A DNA stretch of 64,000 nt, from contig QHUB01000019.1 in the NCBI GenBank assembly GCA_003221035.1, forward strand, positions 2,418 through 66,417, read 5' to 3'. The notes beneath the pieces are model-generated. The model was not told where the DNA came from, did not search any database, and was given only the letters and a program-made list of their open reading frames with translations. A program made the position numbers and the translations under genes. The stretch comes from Gemmatimonadota bacterium (GTDB lineage: Bacteria > Gemmatimonadota > Gemmatimonadetes > Gemmatimonadales > GWC2-71-9). The first letter of the stretch is position 1, and the number at the start of each line of letters is the position of its first letter. Below, piece after piece: positions 22,467 through 31,033 of the stretch.

Positions 22467-23605
22467 AGTACTTCCGGCTGGTGCTCGCCAACCTTGGCCG
22501 CCACAAGCTCCGGTCGCTCCTGACGATCGCGAGCGTGGCGCTCGCGCTGTTTCTCTTCGCCTCGCTCCGCAGCGTCACCACGACGATGGCGGCCGCAGCG
22601 CAGTTCGGCGGCGCGCGGCGCCTGGTCACGCTCAATGCGACGGGCCTCGTGTTCCCGCTCCCCCTCGCGTACGGCAATCGTATCAAGGCCATGCCCGGCG
22701 TGACCGGGCTCTCCTGGGCCAACTGGTTTGGCGGCCGGTACGGCGACGGCAACACCTTCTTCGCGAACTTCGCGGTCGATGCCCAATCTTATCTCGAGCT
22801 GTATCCCGAGATCGTGATGCCGGCCGCTCAGAAACAGGCATTCCTGCAGGACCGTACCGGCGCGATCATCGGCGACCGTTTGATCAGTCAGTTCGGCTGG
22901 AAGCTCGGGCAGAACGTCACGCTGCAGGGAACGATTTTCCAGGGCGACTGGACGTTCACGATCGACGGGGTCTACCATCCCACCGATCCCGCCATCGGTG
23001 ACAACGTCTTGATCTTCCACCATGACTATTTCGACGAGCGCATCGGCCGGGCGGGGATCGCCGGCTGGTACATCGTCGAAATCGACGATCCCGCGCATGC
23101 GCCGCAGATCGCCAAGGCGATCGACGACATGTTCCGCAACTCGAGCTCGCCGACCAAGACGGGCACGGAGCGCGAATTCCAGGCGAGCTTCGCGACGATG
23201 TGGGGCAACGTCAGCTTCCTGATGAGCACGATCGGTCTCGCCGTGGTCTTCGCGATCCTCCTGGTCACCGCGAACGCGATGATGATGAGCGCGCGCGAGC
23301 GCACCGGGGAGATCGCCGTGCTGAAGACGGTGGGCTTCTCCGACCGGCTGCTGTTCGCGCTGGTGATGGTCGAAGCGGGCGCCCTGGCGCTCACCGGCGC
23401 CGCGATCGGCCTCGGCAGCGCGAAGCTCTTGTATCCCGCCATCAACTTCAACGGCGCCGGTTTCCTCCCGGGCTTCAAAGTGGCGACGAGCACGCTGATC
23501 CTGGGCGCTCTCGTTGCCCTCGGCCTGATGCTGGCAAGTGGGCTCGTCCCCGCGCTGCGGGCGGCGCGCTTGCCGATCGTGCAGGCCCTGCGGAAGGTGG
23601 AATGA
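22463..23605 (+). CDS. ABC transporter permease (FtsX-like)
   Basis: MacB-type topology with a periplasmic domain. The C-terminal FtsX domain includes RERTGEIAVLKTVGF. Confidence 0.88.
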   Translation: MKYFRLVLANLGRHKLRSLLTIASVALALFLFASLRSVTTTMAAAAQFGGARRLVTLNATGLVFPLPLAYGNRIKAMPGVTGLSWANWFGGRYGDGNTFFANFAVDAQSYLELYPEIVMPAAQKQAFLQDRTGAIIGDRLISQFGWKLGQNVTLQGTIFQGDWTFTIDGVYHPTDPAIGDNVLIFHHDYFDERIGRAGIAGWYIVEIDDPAHAPQIAKAIDDMFRNSSSPTKTGTEREFQASFATMWGNVSFLMSTIGLAVVFAILLVTANAMMMSARERTGEIAVLKTVGFSDRLLFALVMVEAGALALTGAAIGLGSAKLLYPAINFNGAGFLPGFKVATSTLILGALVALGLMLASGLVPALRAARLPIVQALRKVE

Positions 23606-24762
23606 TCCCCATCGCCTACAACGTTCGCAGCGTCGTGCAGCGCCCGGTCTCCACGGCGCTCACGGCGCTCGGCGTGGGCCTCGTCGTCGCGGTGTTCATC
23701 GGCATGCTCGCGCTCGCCAATGGCTTCAGTGCGGCACTGGCCAAGACCGGGTCGAGGCAGAACGTGATCGTGCTGCGCAAAGGCGCCGACTCGGAGCTCT
23801 CGAGCGGTCTCGGACGCGACGTCTCCAGCATGATTGCGGCCGATCCGCACGTCGCGACCGGCGCCGACGGCCGGCCCCTCGTGTCACCCGAGGTCTACGT
23901 TCTCGTCCCGCTCGCGAAGGCGTTCGACACGACGCAGATCGCGAACGTGGTCGCGCGCGGAATCAGCGATCAGGCGTGGCAGGTGCGCAACAACATCAAG
24001 ATTACCGAGGGCCAGCGGCCGGCCTCCGGGCGGGCGGAAGTCTGCGTGGGGAGCCGCTTGACCACTCGCTTCCCGCACACCGGCATCGGGCAGTCGCTGC
24101 GGTTTGCGGGACGCGACTGGACCGTGACGTGTCATTTCACGGCGGCGGGGTCGGCGTTCGAATCGGAGATCTGGGGCGAGAACGAGCAATTCATGCCGGT
24201 GTTCCGCGGCGAGGTATTTCAGTCGATCACGTTCCGACTCAGGGATCCCGCCTCGTTCGAGGAGGCCCAGCGTGCGCTCCAGGCCGACAAGCGCATGACA
24301 GTCGATGCGCACCGCGAGTCGGATTTCTACGCGCAACAGTCACAGCTCCTGGGACGGATTCTCAGCTTCCTCGCCATCATGATCACGAGCATCATGGCGG
24401 TGGGCGCCGTGTTCGGCGCGATCAACACCATGTACGCGGCGATCGCATCGCGCGCGCCCGAGATCGGCGTGCTGCTCACGCTCGGCTTCCGGCCGTGGAG
24501 CGTGCTCGTGAGCTTCCTCGCGGAGTCGGCGTTCATCGCGGTGATCGGCGGGGTGCTCGGCTGTCTGTTCGCGCTGCCGCTCAACGGAATCGTCACGAGC
24601 ACGACCAACTGGTCGAGTTTCAGCGAGGTCGCGTTCAGTTTCCGGGTGACGCCCGCACTCCTGCTCGTCGGGCTCGTGTTCGCAGTCGCCATGGGCATCG
24701 TCGGTGGCTTCTTCCCCGCCTTGCGAGCCGCCCGGTTGCAGGTCGTCCAGGCACTCCGTTAG
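23602..24762 (+). CDS. ABC transporter permease (FtsX-like), second copy
   Basis: MIPIAYNVRSVVQRP..., C-terminal SRAPEIGVLLTLGF. ATGA overlap with the upstream permease. The track ORF extension from 23200 is rejected. Confidence 0.88.
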   Translation: MIPIAYNVRSVVQRPVSTALTALGVGLVVAVFIGMLALANGFSAALAKTGSRQNVIVLRKGADSELSSGLGRDVSSMIAADPHVATGADGRPLVSPEVYVLVPLAKAFDTTQIANVVARGISDQAWQVRNNIKITEGQRPASGRAEVCVGSRLTTRFPHTGIGQSLRFAGRDWTVTCHFTAAGSAFESEIWGENEQFMPVFRGEVFQSITFRLRDPASFEEAQRALQADKRMTVDAHRESDFYAQQSQLLGRILSFLAIMITSIMAVGAVFGAINTMYAAIASRAPEIGVLLTLGFRPWSVLVSFLAESAFIAVIGGVLGCLFALPLNGIVTSTTNWSSFSEVAFSFRVTPALLLVGLVFAVAMGIVGGFFPALRAARLQVVQALR

Positions 24763-24763
24763 T

Positions 24764-24787
24764 CCCCGGCTCCTGACTCCCGACTCC
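24764..24787. repeat. 24-nt dispersed repeat (inverted partner at 57279-57302)
   Basis: ccccggctcctgactcccgactcc is the exact reverse complement of 57279-57302. It is intergenic, just after the permease stop. Confidence 0.85.
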
Positions 24788-24795
24788 TCAATCCC

Positions 24796-25962
24796 ATGAA
24801 AGTCACCGCGCTCGCCGCGCACACACCGGAAGCGGTGCGCGCGGCGCTCGCGGTCCGAGGTTGGGAAGCGCAGCCCGCCTGGTTTGCCGCCACCGGCATC
24901 CAGCCGTTGGTCATGCTCGTCGAAGAGATCACCGAAGACGAACGCGAAGCGCTCGTGCATTGGGGCGCGAAATCGGGCGCGGACGTGCTTACGGGCACCG
25001 GCTGGGCGCTCGTGGCCGGCGCGGCGAGCCGCCTCGCGCCGCTCGCGCGCTACGACCGCGCGCCCGCCGAGCTCGCGCGGCTCGCGCCGGCGCTCGGCCG
25101 GCTGCTGGCGGCGCGCGCGGAGCCGCCGCGGCGCTGGGCGATTCGGGGCGGGGAAGTCGCGCTCGACAGGCCCGTCATCATCGGCATCATCAACGTCACA
25201 CCCGACTCTTTTTCAGACGGTGGTCACGTTGCTTCCGTCGAGGCAGCCATCGACCACGGCGCGCAGCTCACCGCGGACGGCGCACGCCTCCTGGACGTCG
25301 GCGGCGAGTCGACGCGGCCCGGAGCCAAACCGGTGCCGGTCGAGGAAGAAATCCACCGTGTCGTGCCCGTGGTTCGTGGCTTGGTGAACCGCGAGCTGGG
25401 TCCCGTTTCGGTGGACACGCGGAAGGCCGACGTCGCGCGCGCCGCGCTGGACGCCGGCGCGGCCGTGATCAACGACGTGTCCGGCCTGCGATTCGATCCG
25501 GCGTTGACCGGCGTGATCCGCGACGCCGAGGCCGGCGTCATCCTGATGCACATGCGGGGCACGCCGGAGACCATGGACGACCTGGCGCACTACGACCAGG
25601 TGGCGATCGAGGTGGCCGCCGAACTGGCGACCGGCGCGGCGAAGGCCGAGCGCGAGGGCATCGCGCGCGAGCGGATCGTCGTAGATCCGGGGTTTGGCTT
25701 TGCCAAGACCGCGACCCAGAATCTCCGCCTGCTCGACGAACTGGCATCGATCGTGGCCGTTGGCTATCCTGTAGCCGTTGGCCTGTCGCGGAAGCGGTTT
25801 TTGGGCGCGGCCACGGGCCGGCCGCTGGAGGACCGCGATCGTGCGACGGCCGTTGCCTGCGCCCTCGCGTGGGAGCGAGGCGCCCGGGCATTCCGGGTTC
25901 ACGATGTCCGTTTGACCCACGAAGCCCTTGCACTGGCGAGCGCGACGACAAGTCCACCGTGA
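24796..25962 (+). CDS. folP: dihydropteroate synthase with ~110-aa N-terminal extension
   Basis: The pterin-binding domain starts near residue 125 (IIGIINVTPDSFSDGG; DVGGESTRPGA; GLSRKRF). Confidence 0.9.
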   Translation: MKVTALAAHTPEAVRAALAVRGWEAQPAWFAATGIQPLVMLVEEITEDEREALVHWGAKSGADVLTGTGWALVAGAASRLAPLARYDRAPAELARLAPALGRLLAARAEPPRRWAIRGGEVALDRPVIIGIINVTPDSFSDGGHVASVEAAIDHGAQLTADGARLLDVGGESTRPGAKPVPVEEEIHRVVPVVRGLVNRELGPVSVDTRKADVARAALDAGAAVINDVSGLRFDPALTGVIRDAEAGVILMHMRGTPETMDDLAHYDQVAIEVAAELATGAAKAEREGIARERIVVDPGFGFAKTATQNLRLLDELASIVAVGYPVAVGLSRKRFLGAATGRPLEDRDRATAVACALAWERGARAFRVHDVRLTHEALALASATTSPP

Positions 25963-26759
25963 ACGTAGACGCCTTCAAGTTCCTGACCCCCAGGCTGTGG
26001 CCGGATCTCTTCGAGATCCTGCTGGTGTCGTTCGTGATCTATCGCTTCCTGTTGTTCCTCGTCGGCACGCGCGCGCTCCAGATCGTGATCGGTCTCGTGA
26101 TCCTCTCGTTGACCTATTTCGTTGCGGTATTCGCGAAGTTCCAGATGATCAGCACGCTGCTGGGCGTCGTCTTCACGTACGGCGCGTTCGCCGCCGTGGT
26201 CGTGTTCCAACCCGAGCTCCGGAACGCGCTCGCGCGACTCGGTCAGTCGCGCTTCATGCGCGCGTTCTCCCGCGGGGATCGCCAGTCGGTGGCGGAGGAA
26301 ATCGCGGAGGCCCTCGATCGCCTGTCGCGCGCCGGCACCGGCGCCATCATCGCGGTCGAAGGCGACATCGGGCTCGAGGAATTCATCACGACCGGCGTTC
26401 CGATGGAAGCCAAAGTCTCGGCCGATCTGCTCACCACGATCTTCACGCCCTACTCGCCGCTGCACGACGGCGCGATCCTGATTCGCGGCGACCAGATCAT
26501 CGGCGCGGGTTGCGTTTTGCCGCTCACGCAGTTCAAGGTCGCCGACAAGTCGCTCGGCACGCGGCACCGCGCGGCGCTCGGGCTCTCGGAAGAAACCGAT
26601 GCGACCGTGCTCGTCGTGTCGGAAGAGACCTCCACGATCTCCGTCGCGAGTCATGGACTGCTGTACCGCCATCTGACGCCGCAGCAGGTACGCGACCTGC
26701 TGTCCGGCGCCGTGTCGCACCTCGAGGGTGGCGAGCGGGTGACACAGCCTGCCACCTAA
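25959..26759 (+). CDS. cdaA: diadenylate cyclase CdaA
   Basis: Three N-terminal TM helices, then a DAC domain (GAIIAVEGD..., LHDGAILIRG, GTRHRAALGLSEETDA). The GTG overlaps the folP stop. Confidence 0.9.
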   Translation: MNVDAFKFLTPRLWPDLFEILLVSFVIYRFLLFLVGTRALQIVIGLVILSLTYFVAVFAKFQMISTLLGVVFTYGAFAAVVVFQPELRNALARLGQSRFMRAFSRGDRQSVAEEIAEALDRLSRAGTGAIIAVEGDIGLEEFITTGVPMEAKVSADLLTTIFTPYSPLHDGAILIRGDQIIGAGCVLPLTQFKVADKSLGTRHRAALGLSEETDATVLVVSEETSTISVASHGLLYRHLTPQQVRDLLSGAVSHLEGGERVTQPAT

Positions 26760-26811
26760 ACCCGCTTATCGGGAGGCGGCGGCTGTCGCCTTCCTCGTTC
26801 TCATCGGTTAT

Positions 26812-29055
26812 GTGATCACGCTCGCGCCCACGGTAACCCTCTGGGACGCCGGCGAATTCATCACCGCCTCCAAAGTTCTCGGGATTCCGCACCCGCCGGG
26901 CACCCCGCTGTTCGTCCTGCTCGGCCACGTCTGGGCCGGCGCGCTGCGAATCGGCGGCTACGCGTGGCGGTTGAACTTCATGAGCGCCTGTTTCTCGGCC
27001 GCGGGCGCCGGATGCTACTGCCTCGTCGCACACCGGCTGCTCGCGGGCGAGACGCAATGGCTGCGCGCCGGCGGGGCCGCCGCCGCGGCGTTGCTCTCGG
27101 CCTTCGTATTCACGCACTGGCAAAACAGCAACGAGACCGAGGTGTACACGGTCGCAACGTTCAGCATCGCGGCGATGTCGTGGCTCGTGGTGCGCTGGCG
27201 CGACCTCCGTGCGAGCGGCGACGCGCGCGCGGTTCATCTGTTGCTCCTGGTCGTGTACATCGCTGCGTTGTCCATCGGGAACCATCTGCTCGCGCTGCTC
27301 GCGGGGCCGGCCGTCTCGGTGTTCATCGCCCAGACGCTCCGGACCACACCGGCCGCGCTCACCACCGATCGGCGGATGGAGTGGGCCGAATGGGCCGTGC
27401 TGACGACGCTCTGGATCGTGCTGATCGCCGTGGGACTCGGCAGCACCACGCTGCTGATCGTCGGCGGCGTCCTGCTGCTCGCGGGCGTCGTGTTCTGCAT
27501 CGCGAGCGGCTCACGGGCGTTTGCCATCCTCGCGACCGTGAGCGCGGTGGTGGGCATCTCGATCTACGCGTTTCTCTACATCCGCTCCGGACTGCAGCCG
27601 TTGCTCAACGAGGCGGCGCCGGACAATTGGACCAACCTGATCGCCGTCATCCGGCGTGAGCAGTTCGGGAGTCGTGGGCTGTTCGAGAATCCGATGGTGC
27701 CGGGCGGGTTCCGCAGTGTCGCGGTTCTCTCGCAGCAATTCGTCAATTTCTTCCAGTACTGTTCGTGGCAATGGGCGCGGGCGCTGCCTGCGATTCCGAT
27801 GGTCGCCGTCTCGCTCGTCTTTGTCTCGCTGGGCAGCCTGGGTTTCGACGTCGCGCGCCGCCGCGACACGGGACTCGCGTGGTTGCTCGGCGTGCTCTGG
27901 CTGGTCACCGGCGTGGGACTCGTGCTCTACATGAACTTCAGGGCCGGGTCTTCGCTGTACTGGGACCGCTATCCTTCCATGGAGCAGCACGAGGTTCGCG
28001 AGCGCGACTACTTCTTTGCCGTCAGCTTCCAGACGTGGGGGGTGTTCGCCGCGCTGGGGCTTGCGCGCGTCGTCGCCCTGCTCGCGGCACAAGGGCGCGC
28101 CGCCGCCGGGATCGCGCTGGGACTCGTCGTCACGTTCCTCCCGTTCGGCGCGAACTTCATGGCCGCGTCGCGTCGTCACGGCGCCGATGCGACGGCCGCG
28201 CGTGACTTCGCCTACAACCTGCTGCAGTCGGTCGAGCCGTATGGCGTCCTGTTCGGATTCGGCGACAATGACACCTTCCCCGTCTGGTATCTCCAGGAAG
28301 TGGAGGGCGTGCGCCAGGACGTCACGCTCGTCAATCTGTCGCTCGCGAATCTCGATTGGTATTTACGCCAGCTCGCGCACCGCCCGATCCGGCCCTTCGA
28401 CCCGGCGCGCGCGCCCGCGCTCTACCGGGCGTTGGCGCCGGCGCAGCCGCCCTCCGGCTCGCCGTTGCCGCTGTCGGAGCAAGACATCCAGGGCATGCAG
28501 CCGGTGCAGCTGCGCGATGACGGAGTCTTCCGCGCGGGGACGTTCGAGCTGCCGGTGCGCAAAGGCGAGGTGCTCAGGACCGCCGATCAAGTCATTCTCT
28601 ATACGATAGCCCTGAATCTGCCGAATCATCGCCCGGTGACGTTCGGCGTCTCGTCCGGCCGCGGCTCGTGGCTCGGCCTCGATCCGCAGCTGGTGTTTCA
28701 GGGACTCGTGTTCAAAGTCGTTCCGGGCGCCGATACGACGCGCCGGTACATCCACGGCGTCCAGGGCCCGATGGTGGATTCGGCGCGCACGCGCCAACTG
28801 GTGGACTCGGTGTTTCAGTGGGGGAGAATGTTCCGGACACCCGATTCACTCGAGCTCGAGCCCGCGGCGCAACAGGTCGCGAACTCGTTTGCGGTGCCGT
28901 TCCTCGAGCTCGGCAACGCGGCCGCGATGCGCGGAGATCAGCGCCGGGCGCTCGACTACTTCCGGCGCGGTTACCACTTGAATCCCAGCCCCCAGCTTGC
29001 CGACATCCTTCGTCGCCTGCAAAGCGAAGGCGTAAAAGGCCTGTTTCGCCGCTAG
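26812..29055 (+). CDS. DUF2723 domain membrane protein (glycosyltransferase-like, polytopic) with C-terminal TPR-like tail
   Basis: TLAPTVTLWDAGEFITASKVLGIPHPPGTPLF plus many TM helices. The true start is probably upstream of the first canonical start (CTG at 26749); see findings. Confidence 0.85.
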   Translation: MITLAPTVTLWDAGEFITASKVLGIPHPPGTPLFVLLGHVWAGALRIGGYAWRLNFMSACFSAAGAGCYCLVAHRLLAGETQWLRAGGAAAAALLSAFVFTHWQNSNETEVYTVATFSIAAMSWLVVRWRDLRASGDARAVHLLLLVVYIAALSIGNHLLALLAGPAVSVFIAQTLRTTPAALTTDRRMEWAEWAVLTTLWIVLIAVGLGSTTLLIVGGVLLLAGVVFCIASGSRAFAILATVSAVVGISIYAFLYIRSGLQPLLNEAAPDNWTNLIAVIRREQFGSRGLFENPMVPGGFRSVAVLSQQFVNFFQYCSWQWARALPAIPMVAVSLVFVSLGSLGFDVARRRDTGLAWLLGVLWLVTGVGLVLYMNFRAGSSLYWDRYPSMEQHEVRERDYFFAVSFQTWGVFAALGLARVVALLAAQGRAAAGIALGLVVTFLPFGANFMAASRRHGADATAARDFAYNLLQSVEPYGVLFGFGDNDTFPVWYLQEVEGVRQDVTLVNLSLANLDWYLRQLAHRPIRPFDPARAPALYRALAPAQPPSGSPLPLSEQDIQGMQPVQLRDDGVFRAGTFELPVRKGEVLRTADQVILYTIALNLPNHRPVTFGVSSGRGSWLGLDPQLVFQGLVFKVVPGADTTRRYIHGVQGPMVDSARTRQLVDSVFQWGRMFRTPDSLELEPAAQQVANSFAVPFLELGNAAAMRGDQRRALDYFRRGYHLNPSPQLADILRRLQSEGVKGLFRR

Positions 29056-29103
29056 TTCTCAGGCTCTTCGTCACTTCGGCGCTTACCTCTATATTCACAG
29101 GCT

Positions 29104-29787
29104 ATGAGTTTCGCGGCTCTCCCCGGGCGTTTGGCGCAGGTGAGAGCCGTCGTTGCGCGGCTGGCGGCGCACCCGGTCACGATCGTCGCCGTCACGAAGG
29201 GATTTGGGACCGACGCCGTCCGCGCCGCGCTCGACGCCGGGATCGCGGACATCGGTGAGAACCGCGTGCAGGAGGCGGTGAAAAAACAGGAGGAGCTGGG
29301 AGCCGGCAGTCGGGAGCCGGGGATTCGCTGGCACTTGATCGGCCACCTGCAGCGCAACAAGGCAAAGCTCGTTCCGGGACGATTCGCGCTGGTGCACTCG
29401 CTCGACTCGCTCGAGCTGGCCCAGGAGCTCGACCGCAGATCCACCGCGCCGCAGCGGGTGCTGCTCCAGGTCAACGTGGCCGGGGAAGAGCAGAAAAGCG
29501 GCTGCACGCCCGCAGAGGCGCCTGCCGTGGTGCGACAGATCGCCGCACTCCCGCAGCTGCGGTTGGAAGGTTTGATGACGTTGGCTCCATTTACCGACGA
29601 CGAAGCCGTGCAGCGCCGGACATTCCGGGACCTGCGCGTCTTGCGCGATAGGATGAAGGAGGAGGACGGCGTATGGCTGCAGACCCTCTCGATGGGGATG
29701 TCCGGCGATTACGCATCAGCGGTCGCGGAGGGAGCAACGGTGATCCGCTTGGGTACCGCCCTGTTCGGCCCGAGGGAGAGCGTGTGA
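29104..29787 (+). CDS. yggS: YggS family pyridoxal-phosphate homeostasis protein
   Basis: VAVTKGF, IGENRVQE, WHLIGHLQRNK, SMGMSGDY. Confidence 0.92.
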   Translation: MSFAALPGRLAQVRAVVARLAAHPVTIVAVTKGFGTDAVRAALDAGIADIGENRVQEAVKKQEELGAGSREPGIRWHLIGHLQRNKAKLVPGRFALVHSLDSLELAQELDRRSTAPQRVLLQVNVAGEEQKSGCTPAEAPAVVRQIAALPQLRLEGLMTLAPFTDDEAVQRRTFRDLRVLRDRMKEEDGVWLQTLSMGMSGDYASAVAEGATVIRLGTALFGPRESV

Positions 29788-30218
29788 GCGACGACGCCTT
29801 CACCCTCACGCCCCACGACATCCGCAAGCAGGAATTTCGCAAGACGTTGCGCGGTTACGACACGCTCGGCGTCGAGGATTTCCGCATGCGCGTGGCGGAC
29901 GCGCTGGAGCGCGCGATCCGCGACCGTCAAGTGCTCGAGGAGCGTGTCAGCGCGCTGACCGAGCAGCTGCGGGTATTCCGCGAGCGCGAGAAGGCGCTGA
30001 ACGAGGCGCTCGTCGCCGCGCAGCAGCTCCGTCAGGAGATGCGCGGGGCCGCCGAGCGCGAAGGGCAGGCGATCGTGCGCGAGGCGGAGCTGAAGGCGAG
30101 CGCCGTGCAGGCGCGCATGGCGGAAACCGAGCGGCAATTCCAGCAGTACGTCGGCGGATTCCGCGCGCTGCTCGAGCGGCACCTGGGAGAGCTGCGCGCG
30201 CTCGACGGACAGAAGTGA
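29784..30218 (+). CDS. DivIVA domain-containing protein
   Basis: LTPHDIRKQEFRKTLRGYDTLGVEDF followed by a coiled coil. The GTG overlaps the yggS stop. Confidence 0.85.
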   Translation: MSDDAFTLTPHDIRKQEFRKTLRGYDTLGVEDFRMRVADALERAIRDRQVLEERVSALTEQLRVFREREKALNEALVAAQQLRQEMRGAAEREGQAIVREAELKASAVQARMAETERQFQQYVGGFRALLERHLGELRALDGQK

Positions 30219-31033
30219 CCGGAGTCTCGGTGGCCGAGGCGGTGCGCGCCATCAAGTCGCGCACCGCGATCGTTCCAGAGGTCGCGGTGATCCTGGGCAC
30301 GGGCCTGGGCGCGCTCGCTGATGAGGTGCAGGGCGAGGCGACGATCGCGTACCCGGACATCCCGGGATTCCCGACCCCCACCGTCGAGACCCATGCCGGC
30401 CGGTTGCGCTTCGGCACGATCGCGAAGCGTCGCGTCGCGATCATGCAGGGGCGGTTTCACCGCTACGAGGGGTATACGTTGCAGCAGGTCGTCTTCCCCG
30501 TACGGGTGTTGCGCGCGCTCGGCGCACAGACGCTGATCGTGTCCAATGTGTCGGGTGGCATGCATCCGCTGTGGTCCACCGGCGACCTCGTGCTCCTCTC
30601 CGACCATATCAACATGCTCGGCGACAATCCGCTCGTCGGTCCCAACGTGGACGCCGAGGGCCCGCGGTTTCCGGATATGTCATCGGCCTACGATCCCGCG
30701 CTGCGCCAGCTCGCTCGTGACGTCGCGATCGAGCACAAGATCGTGCTGCGGGAAGGCGTGTACGTCGCGGTGCCGGGGCCCAATCTCGAGACGCGGGCCG
30801 AATACCGGATGCTCCGGGCGATGGGCGCCGATCTCGTCGGGATGAGCACCGTGCCCGAGGTGATCACCGCGATCCATCAAGGCATGCGCGTGCTCGGGCT
30901 TTCGATCATCACCGACAACTGCCTGCCCGACGCGCTCGAGCCGACGTCCGTCGAGCAAATCATCGCGGTCGCGCGCGGCGCCGAGCCGAAGCTCGCCACG
31001 GTCGTACGCGGCGTTGTGGAGCGCCTGGCGTAA
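30215..31033 (+). CDS. purine-nucleoside phosphorylase (PNP/MTAP family I)
   Basis: VILGTGLG, GRFHRYEGY, NVSGGMHP, MSTVPEV. Confidence 0.92.
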   Translation: MTGVSVAEAVRAIKSRTAIVPEVAVILGTGLGALADEVQGEATIAYPDIPGFPTPTVETHAGRLRFGTIAKRRVAIMQGRFHRYEGYTLQQVVFPVRVLRALGAQTLIVSNVSGGMHPLWSTGDLVLLSDHINMLGDNPLVGPNVDAEGPRFPDMSSAYDPALRQLARDVAIEHKIVLREGVYVAVPGPNLETRAEYRMLRAMGADLVGMSTVPEVITAIHQGMRVLGLSIITDNCLPDALEPTSVEQIIAVARGAEPKLATVVRGVVERLA

